Source: Bacilli bacterium (GTDB lineage: Bacteria; Bacillota_I; Bacilli_A; RF39; UBA660). From it: a DNA stretch of 64,000 nt. The DNA is taken from positions 162,597-226,596 of the forward strand of contig JAFQSD010000002.1 of assembly GCA_017409785.1 (NCBI GenBank), given 5' to 3'. Of this stretch, positions 1 to 9,380 are shown piece by piece. Position numbers and translations under genes: made by a program. The notes beneath the pieces were generated by a model, which saw nothing but the letters and a program-made list of their open reading frames with translations, was not told the origin of the DNA and did not search any database. Each line of letters starts with the position of its first letter. Position 1 is the stretch's first letter.

Positions 1-2
1 TG

Positions 3-221
3 GTCGCTTGGATTTTTGATCCTCGCGATGCTCATGAATATGTTACTTTATTAGGAATTGAAAGATTCACTCTAACTAGAGATGAAAGTACAAACTATAT
101 TTATGCAGATGATGATAATCAACCAGAAGAAATAACACAAGAAGATGCAAAAAAACTATATAGTCTAATGAAAGCTCATGTCGAAGAAAAAGCTAGACCA
201 ATTCAAAAAGTAAATAAATAA
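3..221 (+). CDS. 3' end of a hypothetical protein gene whose start lies upstream of the window. Open frame reads …VAWIFDPRDAHEYVTLLGIERF…ARPIQKVNK*.
   Basis: Frame 3 is open from the window edge to a TAA at 219-221 and has no start codon inside the window. It is followed 10 nt later by the RBS and start of the next gene. Confidence 0.35.
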   Translation, partial: VAWIFDPRDAHEYVTLLGIERFTLTRDESTNYIYADDDNQPEEITQEDAKKLYSLMKAHVEEKARPIQKVNK

Positions 222-231
222 TTTAAAGGAG

Positions 232-1314
232 ATGAACAAAATGTTAAAAGATTTATGCTTTGAAGTAATAAAAACTTGTCCAAACAATTGTCTATTTTGT
301 TCATCATGTTCATCTATTGATGCAACTACAATAATACCCTTTGAATTATTTAAACAAGCTATTGATCATTTTATTTCATTAGGTAGTATTGAAGAAATAT
401 CACTTTCTGGTGGAGAACCACTTCTCCACCCTGATATCTTTAAAATGATTGCTTATTGTAAAGAAAAAGGAATAAGAACTGTTTTATTTACTAGTGGCAT
501 CAAAAGAAAAAACTCATTATCTAATGAAGAATATAGTCAAATTATTTCTGCACTTCAAGATAAATATGCACGATATCAAGAAGAAGGTCTTGATCCAAAC
601 AAAGCAAAAAAACTATATGAAAAAGAACTTGCTATTTTAACTGGTAACAATACATCATTCACATGTATTAGTACTGAAGAAATAAAAAGATTAAAAGAAC
701 TAGGTCTTGATAAAATAGTCTTTGACTTCCAAGCTGGTAATGAAGAAACCTATAATAAAATAATGGGAACTAAAAACTATTTTACTCTACTAGCTCAGTC
801 CCTTATAAAAGCAACATCACATGGTCTAAGAACAGATGTCCATTTTATTCCTACAAAAATTAATTATCAAGAATTACCAGACTTAATTGAATTACTAAAC
901 ATTGCTAATTGTGAAAACTTAAGTATTTTAAACTTTGTTCCCCAAGGACGTGGAGAAATAAATAAAGATTCTCTTTTACTAACAACTGAAGAAATGCAAG
1001 AATTTGCAAAAATCTACGAACAAGTCTTATCCCAATATAATGGTACAATACGTGTGGGTATCCCACTTATTAAAAGTGATACCCACCTTTGTACAGCCGG
1101 ACTATCAAAACTAGTAATAAAATATGATGGAACTGTTCTACCATGTCCTGCTTTTAAAGAATATGACTTACCTACTCTAAATAAATTAGGAATTAAAACT
1201 CCAAATATTCACACTGACTTAGAAAGTGTAAAAGTCTATCCTGGAAGTCGAAAAGACCCATTATGTAAAAAATTATATAACTTTCAAAACTATATAAAAC
1301 AAGAAAATGACTAA
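232..1314 (+). CDS. Radical SAM protein of unknown specificity.
   Basis: CPNNCLFC is a CxxxCxxC [4Fe-4S]/SAM cluster motif and SLSGGEPLL is a glycine-rich SAM motif. Additional C-terminal cysteines (CTAG…LPCP) could be an auxiliary or twitch-like cluster. A GGAGAT RBS lies upstream. Confidence 0.8.
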   Translation: MNKMLKDLCFEVIKTCPNNCLFCSSCSSIDATTIIPFELFKQAIDHFISLGSIEEISLSGGEPLLHPDIFKMIAYCKEKGIRTVLFTSGIKRKNSLSNEEYSQIISALQDKYARYQEEGLDPNKAKKLYEKELAILTGNNTSFTCISTEEIKRLKELGLDKIVFDFQAGNEETYNKIMGTKNYFTLLAQSLIKATSHGLRTDVHFIPTKINYQELPDLIELLNIANCENLSILNFVPQGRGEINKDSLLLTTEEMQEFAKIYEQVLSQYNGTIRVGIPLIKSDTHLCTAGLSKLVIKYDGTVLPCPAFKEYDLPTLNKLGIKTPNIHTDLESVKVYPGSRKDPLCKKLYNFQNYIKQEND

Positions 1315-1385
1315 TAAGTCATTTTTATTTTACATGAGATATTTGAATAATTATCATTTTATATTATAATTAACTTAATAGGAGG

Positions 1386-1934
1386 ATGATAATTATGCGT
1401 ACTATTAATGAAGTTGCTACTTGGTTTAAAGAAAATAATCTTCTTGCTAGTAATGATGACTTACGAGTAAAAGTATTAAGTCTTTATGCAAAAGCAGCAT
1501 ATACTATCTCTAATAAAGAATTAAAATGTAGTGAATTAAGTTTTGAAAAACAAGATATGAATTTAGGAATAACAGATATGTCTACTTATACAGACTTTCC
1601 TGCTGATGAACTACAAATTCTAAATACCATTAATCACATCTATGGTTATGAAGAATTAAAATATTTAATATTACATTTAACACATATTCAAAATGTAAAC
1701 ATTGAAAACATTACAAGTTATTTAAAAGATGAACTAGTATCTAATCTAGAAGGTTATCAATATTATGACTTTGATGAATATGTTTTACTACTAGGAAATA
1801 ATGTTTTCTTCATAAATAATAATACTGTTCTAACTAATGAAGAAAAAGAACGACTAAAAGCATACAATAAACCAGATCAAGATTCATTTGTTGTATTTAG
1901 AAATGAAGAAAATGGAAAGTTGGTGGTTTACTAA
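1386..1934 (+). CDS. Hypothetical protein, probably co-transcribed with the upstream radical SAM gene.
   Basis: A strong RBS (taggaggatgataattATG) is present. The stop overlaps the start of the next ORF (ATG at 1934). Confidence 0.5.
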   Translation: MIIMRTINEVATWFKENNLLASNDDLRVKVLSLYAKAAYTISNKELKCSELSFEKQDMNLGITDMSTYTDFPADELQILNTINHIYGYEELKYLILHLTHIQNVNIENITSYLKDELVSNLEGYQYYDFDEYVLLLGNNVFFINNNTVLTNEEKERLKAYNKPDQDSFVVFRNEENGKLVVY

Positions 1935-2827
1935 TGCCAACACATCCATCTGAAATATTTATCTATGATAATATCCATTTTGAAAATGGTAGACGTGATC
2001 AAAACGAACATCCAGTTATCATTGCCGGTGTTGATGAAGAAAATGCCTATTGTTTCGCAATGACATCACAAACAAAGCATCTTGGAAAAAATAGTATAAC
2101 TAGAAATCAATATAACACTACAATAAAATATGCCGAAACAATCCCTGGAAAAAACTGTACTACAAATAATTTTATGCGTGGTTTAGTAAATACTTCTCAT
2201 TGCATAGTTGTTCCTCTAGAGCAAGCTAAACAATATCCAAAATTCGGTATTGCCTCAGGTAAACTACTTGAAGATATTATTGCCAAATGGGCATTCCAAC
2301 AAAATGAAATTGTTGATAAAAAAGATTTTAATTACGAACTAATTCGTTCTGCTTTTGGCATAACAGACTCTATTAAATTGCATCCTGCTTATAGAGCATG
2401 CCAATATTTCGCTGATCAAAATCCTAGTGAAATAACACTACAAAGAGAATACTATACCGATTTAAGAAAATATCGTGAAGAATGTATAAAAATAAGAAGA
2501 CAAAATACAAATAATTATTATCGAGGAGAATCTCCTCTACCATATCCGAAAGAACCAAAATTAAAAGATGATAAAAGTATGTATGAAATGTATTCAACAC
2601 GACCTTTATCAGAAGAAGAACAACTTGCTAATAGTCCATTTGCTGGACTTGCTGATAAATTATTTGGTACAGAATCAAATAATAGAAATGAACCACATAA
2701 TGTAATAGACTTTGACTCAAGAAAAAAAGAACTATTAGATTTAAAACAAATGCTTCAAGAATCACAAGTTCAAGAACTACAGCAAGAAAATACACAAGAA
2801 TCCCATCATGGAAGACGAGCAGCATAA
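1934..2827 (+). CDS. Hypothetical protein with a Q/E-rich C-terminal tail.
   Basis: The start overlaps the previous stop (TAATG). There is no recognisable catalytic motif. The C-terminus is low-complexity and Q/E-rich. Confidence 0.45.
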   Translation: MPTHPSEIFIYDNIHFENGRRDQNEHPVIIAGVDEENAYCFAMTSQTKHLGKNSITRNQYNTTIKYAETIPGKNCTTNNFMRGLVNTSHCIVVPLEQAKQYPKFGIASGKLLEDIIAKWAFQQNEIVDKKDFNYELIRSAFGITDSIKLHPAYRACQYFADQNPSEITLQREYYTDLRKYREECIKIRRQNTNNYYRGESPLPYPKEPKLKDDKSMYEMYSTRPLSEEEQLANSPFAGLADKLFGTESNNRNEPHNVIDFDSRKKELLDLKQMLQESQVQELQQENTQESHHGRRAA

Positions 2828-2857
2828 AAAAAAGAAGTTCACTATCGAACTTCTTTT

Positions 2858-4189
2858 TTATGGAGCTAAACAATTTGTAGTACCATAATTTCCTGCTTTA
2901 TCATAGAATCCAATATTTATCTGAATTCCTGGAGATAATCTTCTAGTTATAGTTATAACATTTCCTGTATAAGCATCACCAGAGTATATATATTTATCTA
3001 TTCCACTCTCATCAGTAGCAGTTACTGTTACATAACTTTCATTTTGTCCATGTGTAATTACACATTTTCCTTTAGGTTTATTCTTATCAATATTACTTAC
3101 TACCATTGTTGCTTTTCTAGATAATCCAGCAGTATTAAATACCACAAACTCATAAGTACCATTAGTTGTTACTTTATATGTATATGTCTTATTTGGTACT
3201 TTAGTACCATTTGGTAACATTAATCTATCAAAGTTATCAACATTTGTACTAACGTAAATATTAACTGCTTTATTAGTAGGATTACTATTATCAAGAGTTA
3301 ATGTAATACCCATTGCTTGAACAATAACATTTCTAACTACAGTTAAGACTTCTCCATTATAATTAGTAATACTATATGTAATTTTATATGTTCCAGCTAC
3401 ATTTGGATTAACACTTCCACTAACACTAATTTGACCAGAAACATTATTACCATTTGTATCAATAGCAGTTGCTCCAGCATCACTATAGCTACTTCCTTCT
3501 GTTATATAAACTGTCGCTTCTCCATTAAGTTTTAAATTAATATTACCTTTTGGCTTACTTGGAGTAACAGGTTCACTTGGAGTAGTTGGTTCTGTTGTAC
3601 CAGGCTTATTATTGTTATTATTATTGTTATTGTTAGTTGAAGGTTTACTAGAATTATTATCTTTATCAGCTACTTTCTTTTCAGAAACTTTAACTAATCT
3701 TGTTAACTTAGGTTTTATTCCTCTATAAGAAAGTGTATAAGTTATTCTATAAGATCCAACAGTATTTGTATCAACTTTTCCTGAAACAATTACTTTATCA
3801 CTAATGTCACCCTTTAAATCACTAGTTGCTGTATATCCAGGTTCAACATACTTATCTCCTACTTCTAATTTAACAACTAAATCACCATTTAAATGTAAGT
3901 TAACTCTTTCTGCTTGTTTTTCTTCATCAGAACTACTAACAACTTCTATTACTTCATTATCATCTGGTTCCTTATAATTTATTCCCTTAAAAGTAAAACT
4001 ACTAGTAACAATCCAATTAATCACAAAAACCATAATTAAAATACAAACACAACTAGTTAGTAATTTTACTAAACTCTTATATTCTTGTTCTTGTCTTTCT
4101 TTTCTTGTTAATCTACGAGCTTCGCCAATCTTTTCACCATTAATAGTTCCTTCTTTATATGTTGGCTTTTTTCTTTTCTTAGTACTCAT
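2858..4189 (-). CDS. Membrane-anchored surface protein with bacterial Ig-like domains and a poly-Asn linker.
   Basis: It has a K-rich cytoplasmic N-terminus and one TM helix (LLTSCVCILIMVFVINWIV). There are two Ig-like segments (…GDISDKVIVSGKVDTNTVGSYRITY…, …GQISVSGSVNPNVAGTYKITY…). An N9 linker is also present. Confidence 0.55.
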   Translation of the reverse strand: MSTKKRKKPTYKEGTINGEKIGEARRLTRKERQEQEYKSLVKLLTSCVCILIMVFVINWIVTSSFTFKGINYKEPDDNEVIEVVSSSDEEKQAERVNLHLNGDLVVKLEVGDKYVEPGYTATSDLKGDISDKVIVSGKVDTNTVGSYRITYTLSYRGIKPKLTRLVKVSEKKVADKDNNSSKPSTNNNNNNNNNKPGTTEPTTPSEPVTPSKPKGNINLKLNGEATVYITEGSSYSDAGATAIDTNGNNVSGQISVSGSVNPNVAGTYKITYSITNYNGEVLTVVRNVIVQAMGITLTLDNSNPTNKAVNIYVSTNVDNFDRLMLPNGTKVPNKTYTYKVTTNGTYEFVVFNTAGLSRKATMVVSNIDKNKPKGKCVITHGQNESYVTVTATDESGIDKYIYSGDAYTGNVITITRRLSPGIQINIGFYDKAGNYGTTNCLAP

Positions 4190-4242
4190 TATCTCACCAC
4201 TCTATTCTTCTACTATAATTATACAATTAACTACAAAACAAG

Positions 4243-4276
4243 TCAAAAAAAAGATACTGATTTTTCAGTATCTTTT
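4243..4276 (-). terminator. Rho-independent terminator downstream of glmS.
   Basis: Hairpin aagatactgaTTTTTcagtatctt followed by a T-run on the minus strand. Confidence 0.6.
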
Positions 4277-4280
4277 ATAA

Positions 4281-6044
4281 CTATTCTACAGTAACACTTT
4301 TAGCTAAATTCTTTGGTTTATCAATATCGCATCCTCTAAGTTTTGCAACTTCATATGCAATTAATTGTAAACATGGAACTACAACTAATGGTTGGAAGAA
4401 ATTACTCATTTCAGGAACTTGAATTAAATGATCATAACCAGTAATTTCTTCATTACTAATAATGATACATTTAGCTCCTCTAGCCTTAACTTCTTGTACA
4501 TTAGAAATAGTTTTTTCACGTATATCCTTATCAGTAATAATTGAAATAACTGGAGTACCATCATCAACTAATGAAATAGTACCATGTTTTAATTCTCCTG
4601 CCTGATAAGCTTCACTATGTATATAAGAAACTTCTTTTAATTTTAAACTTCCTTCCATAGAAACAGCATAATCAATCTTTCTACCAATAAAGAAGATATC
4701 TTCACGTTTATAAATGGCTTTAGCAATTTCTAAATAGTCATCTCTTCTATCTAATATTTCTCTTACCATTCTTGGTATTTTTTTAATTTCAGCCATTACA
4801 TTCTTATCATCAAGACCACTACTTAATGCAGCTTTATAAGCAAGAAGTGAAAGAATCGCTACTTGTAACATATAAGCTTTTGTAGTAGCAACTGCAATTT
4901 CTGGTCCGGCTTCTATAAAGATTTGACTACCACTTTCTCTAGCAATAGTTGAACCAACAACATTAACAATAGCAAGTGTTTCAATTCCAGCCATCTTAGC
5001 TTTTCTCATAGCTGCAATTGTATCTGCAGTCTCTCCAGATTGACTAATTAAAATTACTAAAGTCTTTCTATCATAAATAACTTTTTTATAACGGTATTCA
5101 CTAGCAACTTCAACAGTTACTCGTAAATTAGCATTTTCTTCAATTAATGTTTTACCAATCATTCCTGCATACATCGCAGATCCACATGCTACTATATGAA
5201 TTTCTTCATATTCAGTTAAATCTGGTAACTTATCTAAATTATCTACATATGGTTTAAGTGTTTTCTCTAACACAACAGGTTCTTCCATTATTTCTTTCAA
5301 CATATAATGTTCATAACCACATTTATCTTTAGAATCAGCACTTATAGTAGCAGTTAAAATTTCTTTTTTAACTTTCTTACCATTAAGAGTAACTTTAACA
5401 TCTTTATCAATTTCACAAACTTCATTTTCTTCTAATAATGAATATTGATTTGTATAATTAATAATTGCAGCTATATCACTAGCAACATAAATTTCATCAT
5501 CTCCATAACCTACAATAAGTGGAGAATCCTTTCTAACTGCATATAACTTATCACTATCTTCAAAGAAAATACAAAAAGCATAAGAACCTTTTAATTCTTT
5601 AATAGCTTTATTAATAGCTTTAACAGCATCACCTTCATAATACTTATTTATAACAGCACAAGCAACTTCAGTATCTGTTTCACTATTAAATACTACTCCT
5701 TCTTTTAATAATTTTTCTTTTAATTCGCTTGCATTTTCAATAATACCATTGTGTACTAAAGTAACTTTTCCTACTCTATGAGGATGAGCATTCTCTACAC
5801 TAGGTACACCATGAGTAGCCCATCTTGTATGAGCAATACCCATTCTTGCATCAAGTAATTTTTCACTATTAACTTTTTCTTCTAAACAAGAAATTTTTCC
5901 TACACTTCTAATTACCTGAATTTCATTTCCGTCTTTTAAAGCGATTCCCGAAGAATCGTATCCTCTATATTCTAAATTTTTTAACCCCTCTATTAATATT
6001 TCTTTTGGTTGTTGTTTTCCTTTATATCCAACAATTCCACACAT
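4281..6044 (-). CDS. glmS: Glutamine--fructose-6-phosphate aminotransferase (isomerising).
   Basis: The N-terminal MCGIVGY carries the Ntn-hydrolase Cys. The protein has two SIS domains and ends in the canonical …AKSVTVE. Length is 587 aa. Confidence 0.97.
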   Translation of the reverse strand: MCGIVGYKGKQQPKEILIEGLKNLEYRGYDSSGIALKDGNEIQVIRSVGKISCLEEKVNSEKLLDARMGIAHTRWATHGVPSVENAHPHRVGKVTLVHNGIIENASELKEKLLKEGVVFNSETDTEVACAVINKYYEGDAVKAINKAIKELKGSYAFCIFFEDSDKLYAVRKDSPLIVGYGDDEIYVASDIAAIINYTNQYSLLEENEVCEIDKDVKVTLNGKKVKKEILTATISADSKDKCGYEHYMLKEIMEEPVVLEKTLKPYVDNLDKLPDLTEYEEIHIVACGSAMYAGMIGKTLIEENANLRVTVEVASEYRYKKVIYDRKTLVILISQSGETADTIAAMRKAKMAGIETLAIVNVVGSTIARESGSQIFIEAGPEIAVATTKAYMLQVAILSLLAYKAALSSGLDDKNVMAEIKKIPRMVREILDRRDDYLEIAKAIYKREDIFFIGRKIDYAVSMEGSLKLKEVSYIHSEAYQAGELKHGTISLVDDGTPVISIITDKDIREKTISNVQEVKARGAKCIIISNEEITGYDHLIQVPEMSNFFQPLVVVPCLQLIAYEVAKLRGCDIDKPKNLAKSVTVE

Positions 6045-6069
6045 AATCTAAAATTCCTCCATGACAAAA

Positions 6070-6230
6070 AAATGTGTGATGATATATTCTTTGTTATAAT
6101 CTTGATTTTACTTTTTACAAATATATCTAACGAATCACATTTATCCGTAGTGGCACCCGCCGAATCTTTCGAAAACCACTAACCTCGTCAACTCTAGGAG
6201 TCCAGGCGCTCTGTTGGATCTACAACCTTT
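6070..6230 (-). promoter_or_regulatory. glmS ribozyme (GlcN6P-responsive self-cleaving riboswitch) in the glmS 5' leader.
   Basis: The minus-strand reading contains AGCGCC…GACGAGGttagtggttttcGAAagattCGGCGGgtGCCac. This matches the conserved glmS ribozyme core (AGCGCC cleavage-site region and the GACGAGG…CGGCGG…GCC pseudoknot core). It lies immediately upstream of glmS, as is typical in Firmicutes. Confidence 0.8.
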
Positions 6231-6260
6231 CTGATCATCAACATAATACTATTATATACA

Positions 6261-6296
6261 AAAAAAAAGAATCTGACAAATTCAGACTCTTTTTTA
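6261..6296 (-). terminator. Rho-independent terminator after the AAA+ ATPase gene.
   Basis: Hairpin agaatctgacaaattcagactct flanked by A and T runs. Confidence 0.55.
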
Positions 6297-6310
6297 GACA
6301 CAATTAGACA

Positions 6311-7276
6311 TTAATTTCCTAATCTATCATACGTTACTTGATTAGCCATATTCATTTCCATAATTTGTTCTGCAAATATTTTATCAAATTCTGGAATAGC
6401 TTTTTTAATAACATCTGGATAAACATGTTTACAACTTATAATAGCTGTTCTAACATCTAATATATTAACATCTCTACGATTATTAAATAATGCATTTGAA
6501 AATGCTTGTTGAACAATTGTCAATGAAACATCTGGATATCTAGAACCAATTTCATATATTCTCTTATACTCACTAGTAATATCTGTAATAAACTCCATTA
6601 TTCTACTTTTAATAAATGAAGTATACATCATTCTAGCCCCAGTTCTTTTTTCAATCTTAGGTAATGTTCCCATTAATATTTCTATATTTTCTTCTCTAGT
6701 TGGTTCAAATATTTCAACTTTTTGGAAACGTCTAACAAATGCTTTATCTCTTAAAATATATCTTTCATATTCATCACTTGTAGTAGCACCAACTACTTTA
6801 ATATCTCCACGGTCTAACGCTGGTTTAAATGCATTGGCAAAATCCATTGCTTGACCATCTCCCATTAAAGTATGAACCTCATCTATAAATAAAATTAAAT
6901 TAGTTTCATTCTTTAACTCATCAAGTAAAATTTGAATCTTAGCTTCACCAGTAACAGGATCAACACCTATCATTGCTGATGTACTTAATTTAATAACTCT
7001 ATAACCTTTTAATACATCAGGTACATCATTATTTTGAATGCGATAAGCCAGACCTTCAACAGTTGCAGTTTTACCAACACCAGGTTTACCAACTAAACAA
7101 CAAGATTTATCCGGAGTAAGTAAAATTAAAATCATTTGTTTAATTTGTTCATCTCTTCCAATAGCCGGATTAGTAATATAAGTTTTCTCAGATAAATTTT
7201 CACCATAAGTCTTTAATACACTTATACGCTTTGATTTAATATTTTCTCCAGTTAATTGTTCATTCACTTTAACCAA
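6311..7276 (-). CDS. Stand-alone AAA+ ATPase homologous to the first nucleotide-binding domain (AAA1) of ClpA/ClpB/ClpC.
   Basis: IGRDEQIKQMILILL…LVGKPGVGKTATVEGLAYRI, LILFIDEVHTLMG, KVVGATTSDEYERYILRDKAFVRRFQKVEI and EPT all match the Clp/Hsp100 AAA1 domain. It is only 321 aa and lacks the N-domain, middle domain and AAA2. Confidence 0.75.
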   Translation of the reverse strand: MVKVNEQLTGENIKSKRISVLKTYGENLSEKTYITNPAIGRDEQIKQMILILLTPDKSCCLVGKPGVGKTATVEGLAYRIQNNDVPDVLKGYRVIKLSTSAMIGVDPVTGEAKIQILLDELKNETNLILFIDEVHTLMGDGQAMDFANAFKPALDRGDIKVVGATTSDEYERYILRDKAFVRRFQKVEIFEPTREENIEILMGTLPKIEKRTGARMMYTSFIKSRIMEFITDITSEYKRIYEIGSRYPDVSLTIVQQAFSNALFNNRRDVNILDVRTAIISCKHVYPDVIKKAIPEFDKIFAEQIMEMNMANQVTYDRLGN

Positions 7277-7306
7277 CTCCTTAACTTCTATAATTATAAC
7301 ATATCT

Positions 7307-7948
7307 TTACTTATTTTGAGAATTAATAATATATAAAATATCTTCAATTGACTTATCCATATTAAATCTACCATTACCTACTGGATAATAAACCGAATAA
7401 CATTTAAATTTCTTCTTTAATGTAAATTCTTGTTTACGAACTTGTGATACTGAAATCTTTTCTCCTAATACTACAGAAGATACTTGATTACCAAATAAAA
7501 TTATAACTTTAGGATTAACAATTTCCATTTCTTTCATAAATAAATTTAAATAATCTTTATAAACACTATCAGGCAATGGCCTAGCATCTATTTGAGTACA
7601 TTTAGCTAAATTAGTAATATAAAATTTATTCTTAGCAACTTGACCATATACTTCTTCAGCAAATTCATAAGTCCATTCACTACCCTTAATACTCTTAATC
7701 TTAGAGTAAATATCATTATCAATTAATCCTAATTTATTAAATAAATCCCATACATTTTTAGTACCAACCCAAGGTGATTTAATACCTTTCCACTCTTTAC
7801 TAGAAGTAATATTTCTAGCAGTTGGATTCATAAATACAAAACAAACGTCTGGATTATCAGTACAACCACCAAAATTAATTGAATCTAGTTTTGGATCTCC
7901 ATATTTCTTTTGCATCTTATCATACTTTTTAACTAATTCTTCTAACAT
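7307..7948 (-). CDS. Uracil-DNA glycosylase superfamily (UDG-like) protein.
   Basis: GGCTDNPDVCFVFMNPTARN and a C-terminal YYPVGNG-type motif resemble the family 4/5-like UDG fold. This is a weak motif-level call. Confidence 0.45.
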   Translation of the reverse strand: MLEELVKKYDKMQKKYGDPKLDSINFGGCTDNPDVCFVFMNPTARNITSSKEWKGIKSPWVGTKNVWDLFNKLGLIDNDIYSKIKSIKGSEWTYEFAEEVYGQVAKNKFYITNLAKCTQIDARPLPDSVYKDYLNLFMKEMEIVNPKVIILFGNQVSSVVLGEKISVSQVRKQEFTLKKKFKCYSVYYPVGNGRFNMDKSIEDILYIINSQNK

Positions 7949-7977
7949 CTAATCACCTCAAGTATTTATATTATAGC

Positions 7978-8006
7978 AACAAAAAAGACTATTTAAAATA
8001 GTCTTT
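7978..8006 (-). terminator. Rho-independent terminator.
   Basis: Hairpin aagactatttaaaatagtctt with a flanking T-run. Confidence 0.55.
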
Positions 8007-8010
8007 AATA

Positions 8011-8415
8011 TTATTGTTTTCTACCACATGCTTTACAGAATGTAGAGTCACTATCAATACTAGCTCCACAATGTTTGCAATAAACATCTGACTCTTCTTC
8101 AGTTAACCCTTTCTTAATTGCTCTTGTAGTAGTTGTAATTGCATCTTTACTCATATCAGCACTCTTTGAAACAACATGTCTAATATCATCTTCATTTTCA
8201 TCAATTACACCTTTAGCAGTCTTAACACCAATTTCACCAGTAATTTTACCAATATCAGTCATAACATCTTTATTATCTTCTAACATTCTCTTTTGCATTC
8301 TTAATTGATGTCCCATAAACTTAGATCTTAAACTAGGTACAAACATCATTCCTATTACAAAAGCAAATACTCCAATAGCTAGAATTGGTACTAAAACAAA
8401 TATTAAATCAAACAT
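8011..8415 (-). CDS. Small membrane protein with a C-terminal zinc ribbon.
   Basis: It has an N-terminal TM helix and a C-terminal CKHCG…CKACG double CxxC motif. Confidence 0.5.
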   Translation of the reverse strand: MFDLIFVLVPILAIGVFAFVIGMMFVPSLRSKFMGHQLRMQKRMLEDNKDVMTDIGKITGEIGVKTAKGVIDENEDDIRHVVSKSADMSKDAITTTTRAIKKGLTEEESDVYCKHCGASIDSDSTFCKACGRKQ

Positions 8416-8443
8416 AAATACACCTCCTCTTTATATAACCAAA

Positions 8444-8917
8444 TTATAACATTAATTTATCATCTTTAACAACAATTATCTTATCTTTATATTTAAATAA
8501 CTTTTCTTCAAAACTATTCTTTTCTTTTTCAAAATCATTAGTCCACTTATACATAAGCTTTAACATTTTCAAGTTCACGGTATAATTACATTTCTCAATT
8601 CCAAAAAGTTGTCTAACAAATCTAGTAAATATTCTTTTCTTTCTAACCTTTACTGGTATATCTAAATAAATAATCTTATCAGCCATACCACATAAATAAA
8701 ATAAATGTTTTCTTAAAGTTCCTTCAATTATCCAATTACTATTTTTATCAATTTTTTTAAATATTTTTTTCTGTTCAGCTTCACTTCTTTTTACATTATT
8801 TATATCATCATGAACAACACTATCAATTTCATAATGTTTTATATCTAATAATTTAGAAAGTTTTCTTGCTAATGTGGTTTTACCACTTGCTACAATTCCT
8901 ACAATTAATATTTTCAT
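8444..8917 (-). CDS. P-loop NTPase / topology-modulation-protein-like nucleotide kinase.
   Basis: Walker A motif MKILIVGIVASGKTTLARKL. The size and architecture are adenylate-kinase-like. Confidence 0.6.
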   Translation of the reverse strand: MKILIVGIVASGKTTLARKLSKLLDIKHYEIDSVVHDDINNVKRSEAEQKKIFKKIDKNSNWIIEGTLRKHLFYLCGMADKIIYLDIPVKVRKKRIFTRFVRQLFGIEKCNYTVNLKMLKLMYKWTNDFEKEKNSFEEKLFKYKDKIIVVKDDKLML

Positions 8918-8918
8918 T

Positions 8919-9332
8919 TTACTTATTCATATCGTATTTAATCCATTCTAACATATGACCAATACTACCTTCTCCAGCATATTTATTCATATCAAAGAAA
9001 TCATCATCAGCATCAATCCATTCAAGTTTATTAACTTCTTCAATTAACTGAACCTCATGTTTTAAAACACCATAAAACACCTCTAATTCAAAATCTGCTT
9101 TATAGTACGTAAGTCTCATTACATGAGTTAATTCAATATCTTCTTTCCCAATATTAGTTTCTTCTTTTAATTCACGATATGCCTCATTTAAATCATCGTT
9201 TTCTACTTCAATCTTTCCACCAACTAAATTATATAATCCTTTATAAGGATTCTTAGCTCTTTTACACATTAATAACTTAGACATATCAGGATTATATACA
9301 GCAATAACATTCATTCTTTTCATGATAATCAC
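8919..9332 (-). CDS. NUDIX hydrolase.
   Basis: Nudix box GGKIEVENDDLNEAYRELKEETN (GX5EX7REUXEEXGU). Confidence 0.75.
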   Translation of the reverse strand: MIIMKRMNVIAVYNPDMSKLLMCKRAKNPYKGLYNLVGGKIEVENDDLNEAYRELKEETNIGKEDIELTHVMRLTYYKADFELEVFYGVLKHEVQLIEEVNKLEWIDADDDFFDMNKYAGEGSIGHMLEWIKYDMNK

Positions 9333-9349
9333 CTCAACACTATAATAAC

Positions 9350-9380
9350 ATAAAAAAAAGACTATTTCTTAGTCTTTTTT
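9350..9380 (-). terminator. Rho-independent terminator overlapping the CDF gene stop.
   Basis: Hairpin aagactatttcttagtctt followed by a T-run. Confidence 0.5.

Noticed and set aside
2628-2873. 81-aa minus-strand ORF overlapping the 3' end of the 1934-2827 gene.
   Set aside because: It is antisense to and embedded in a better-supported gene. It is hydrophobic and low-complexity, as is typical of spurious ORFs in AT-rich DNA.
3600-3660. AAT/AAC-rich tract (poly-Asn codons) that could be mistaken for a simple-sequence repeat or phase-variation tract.
   Set aside because: It is in frame within a surface-protein linker (N9). The repeat unit is irregular (mixed att/gtt). No homopolymer longer than 4 is present, so slipped-strand phase variation is unlikely.
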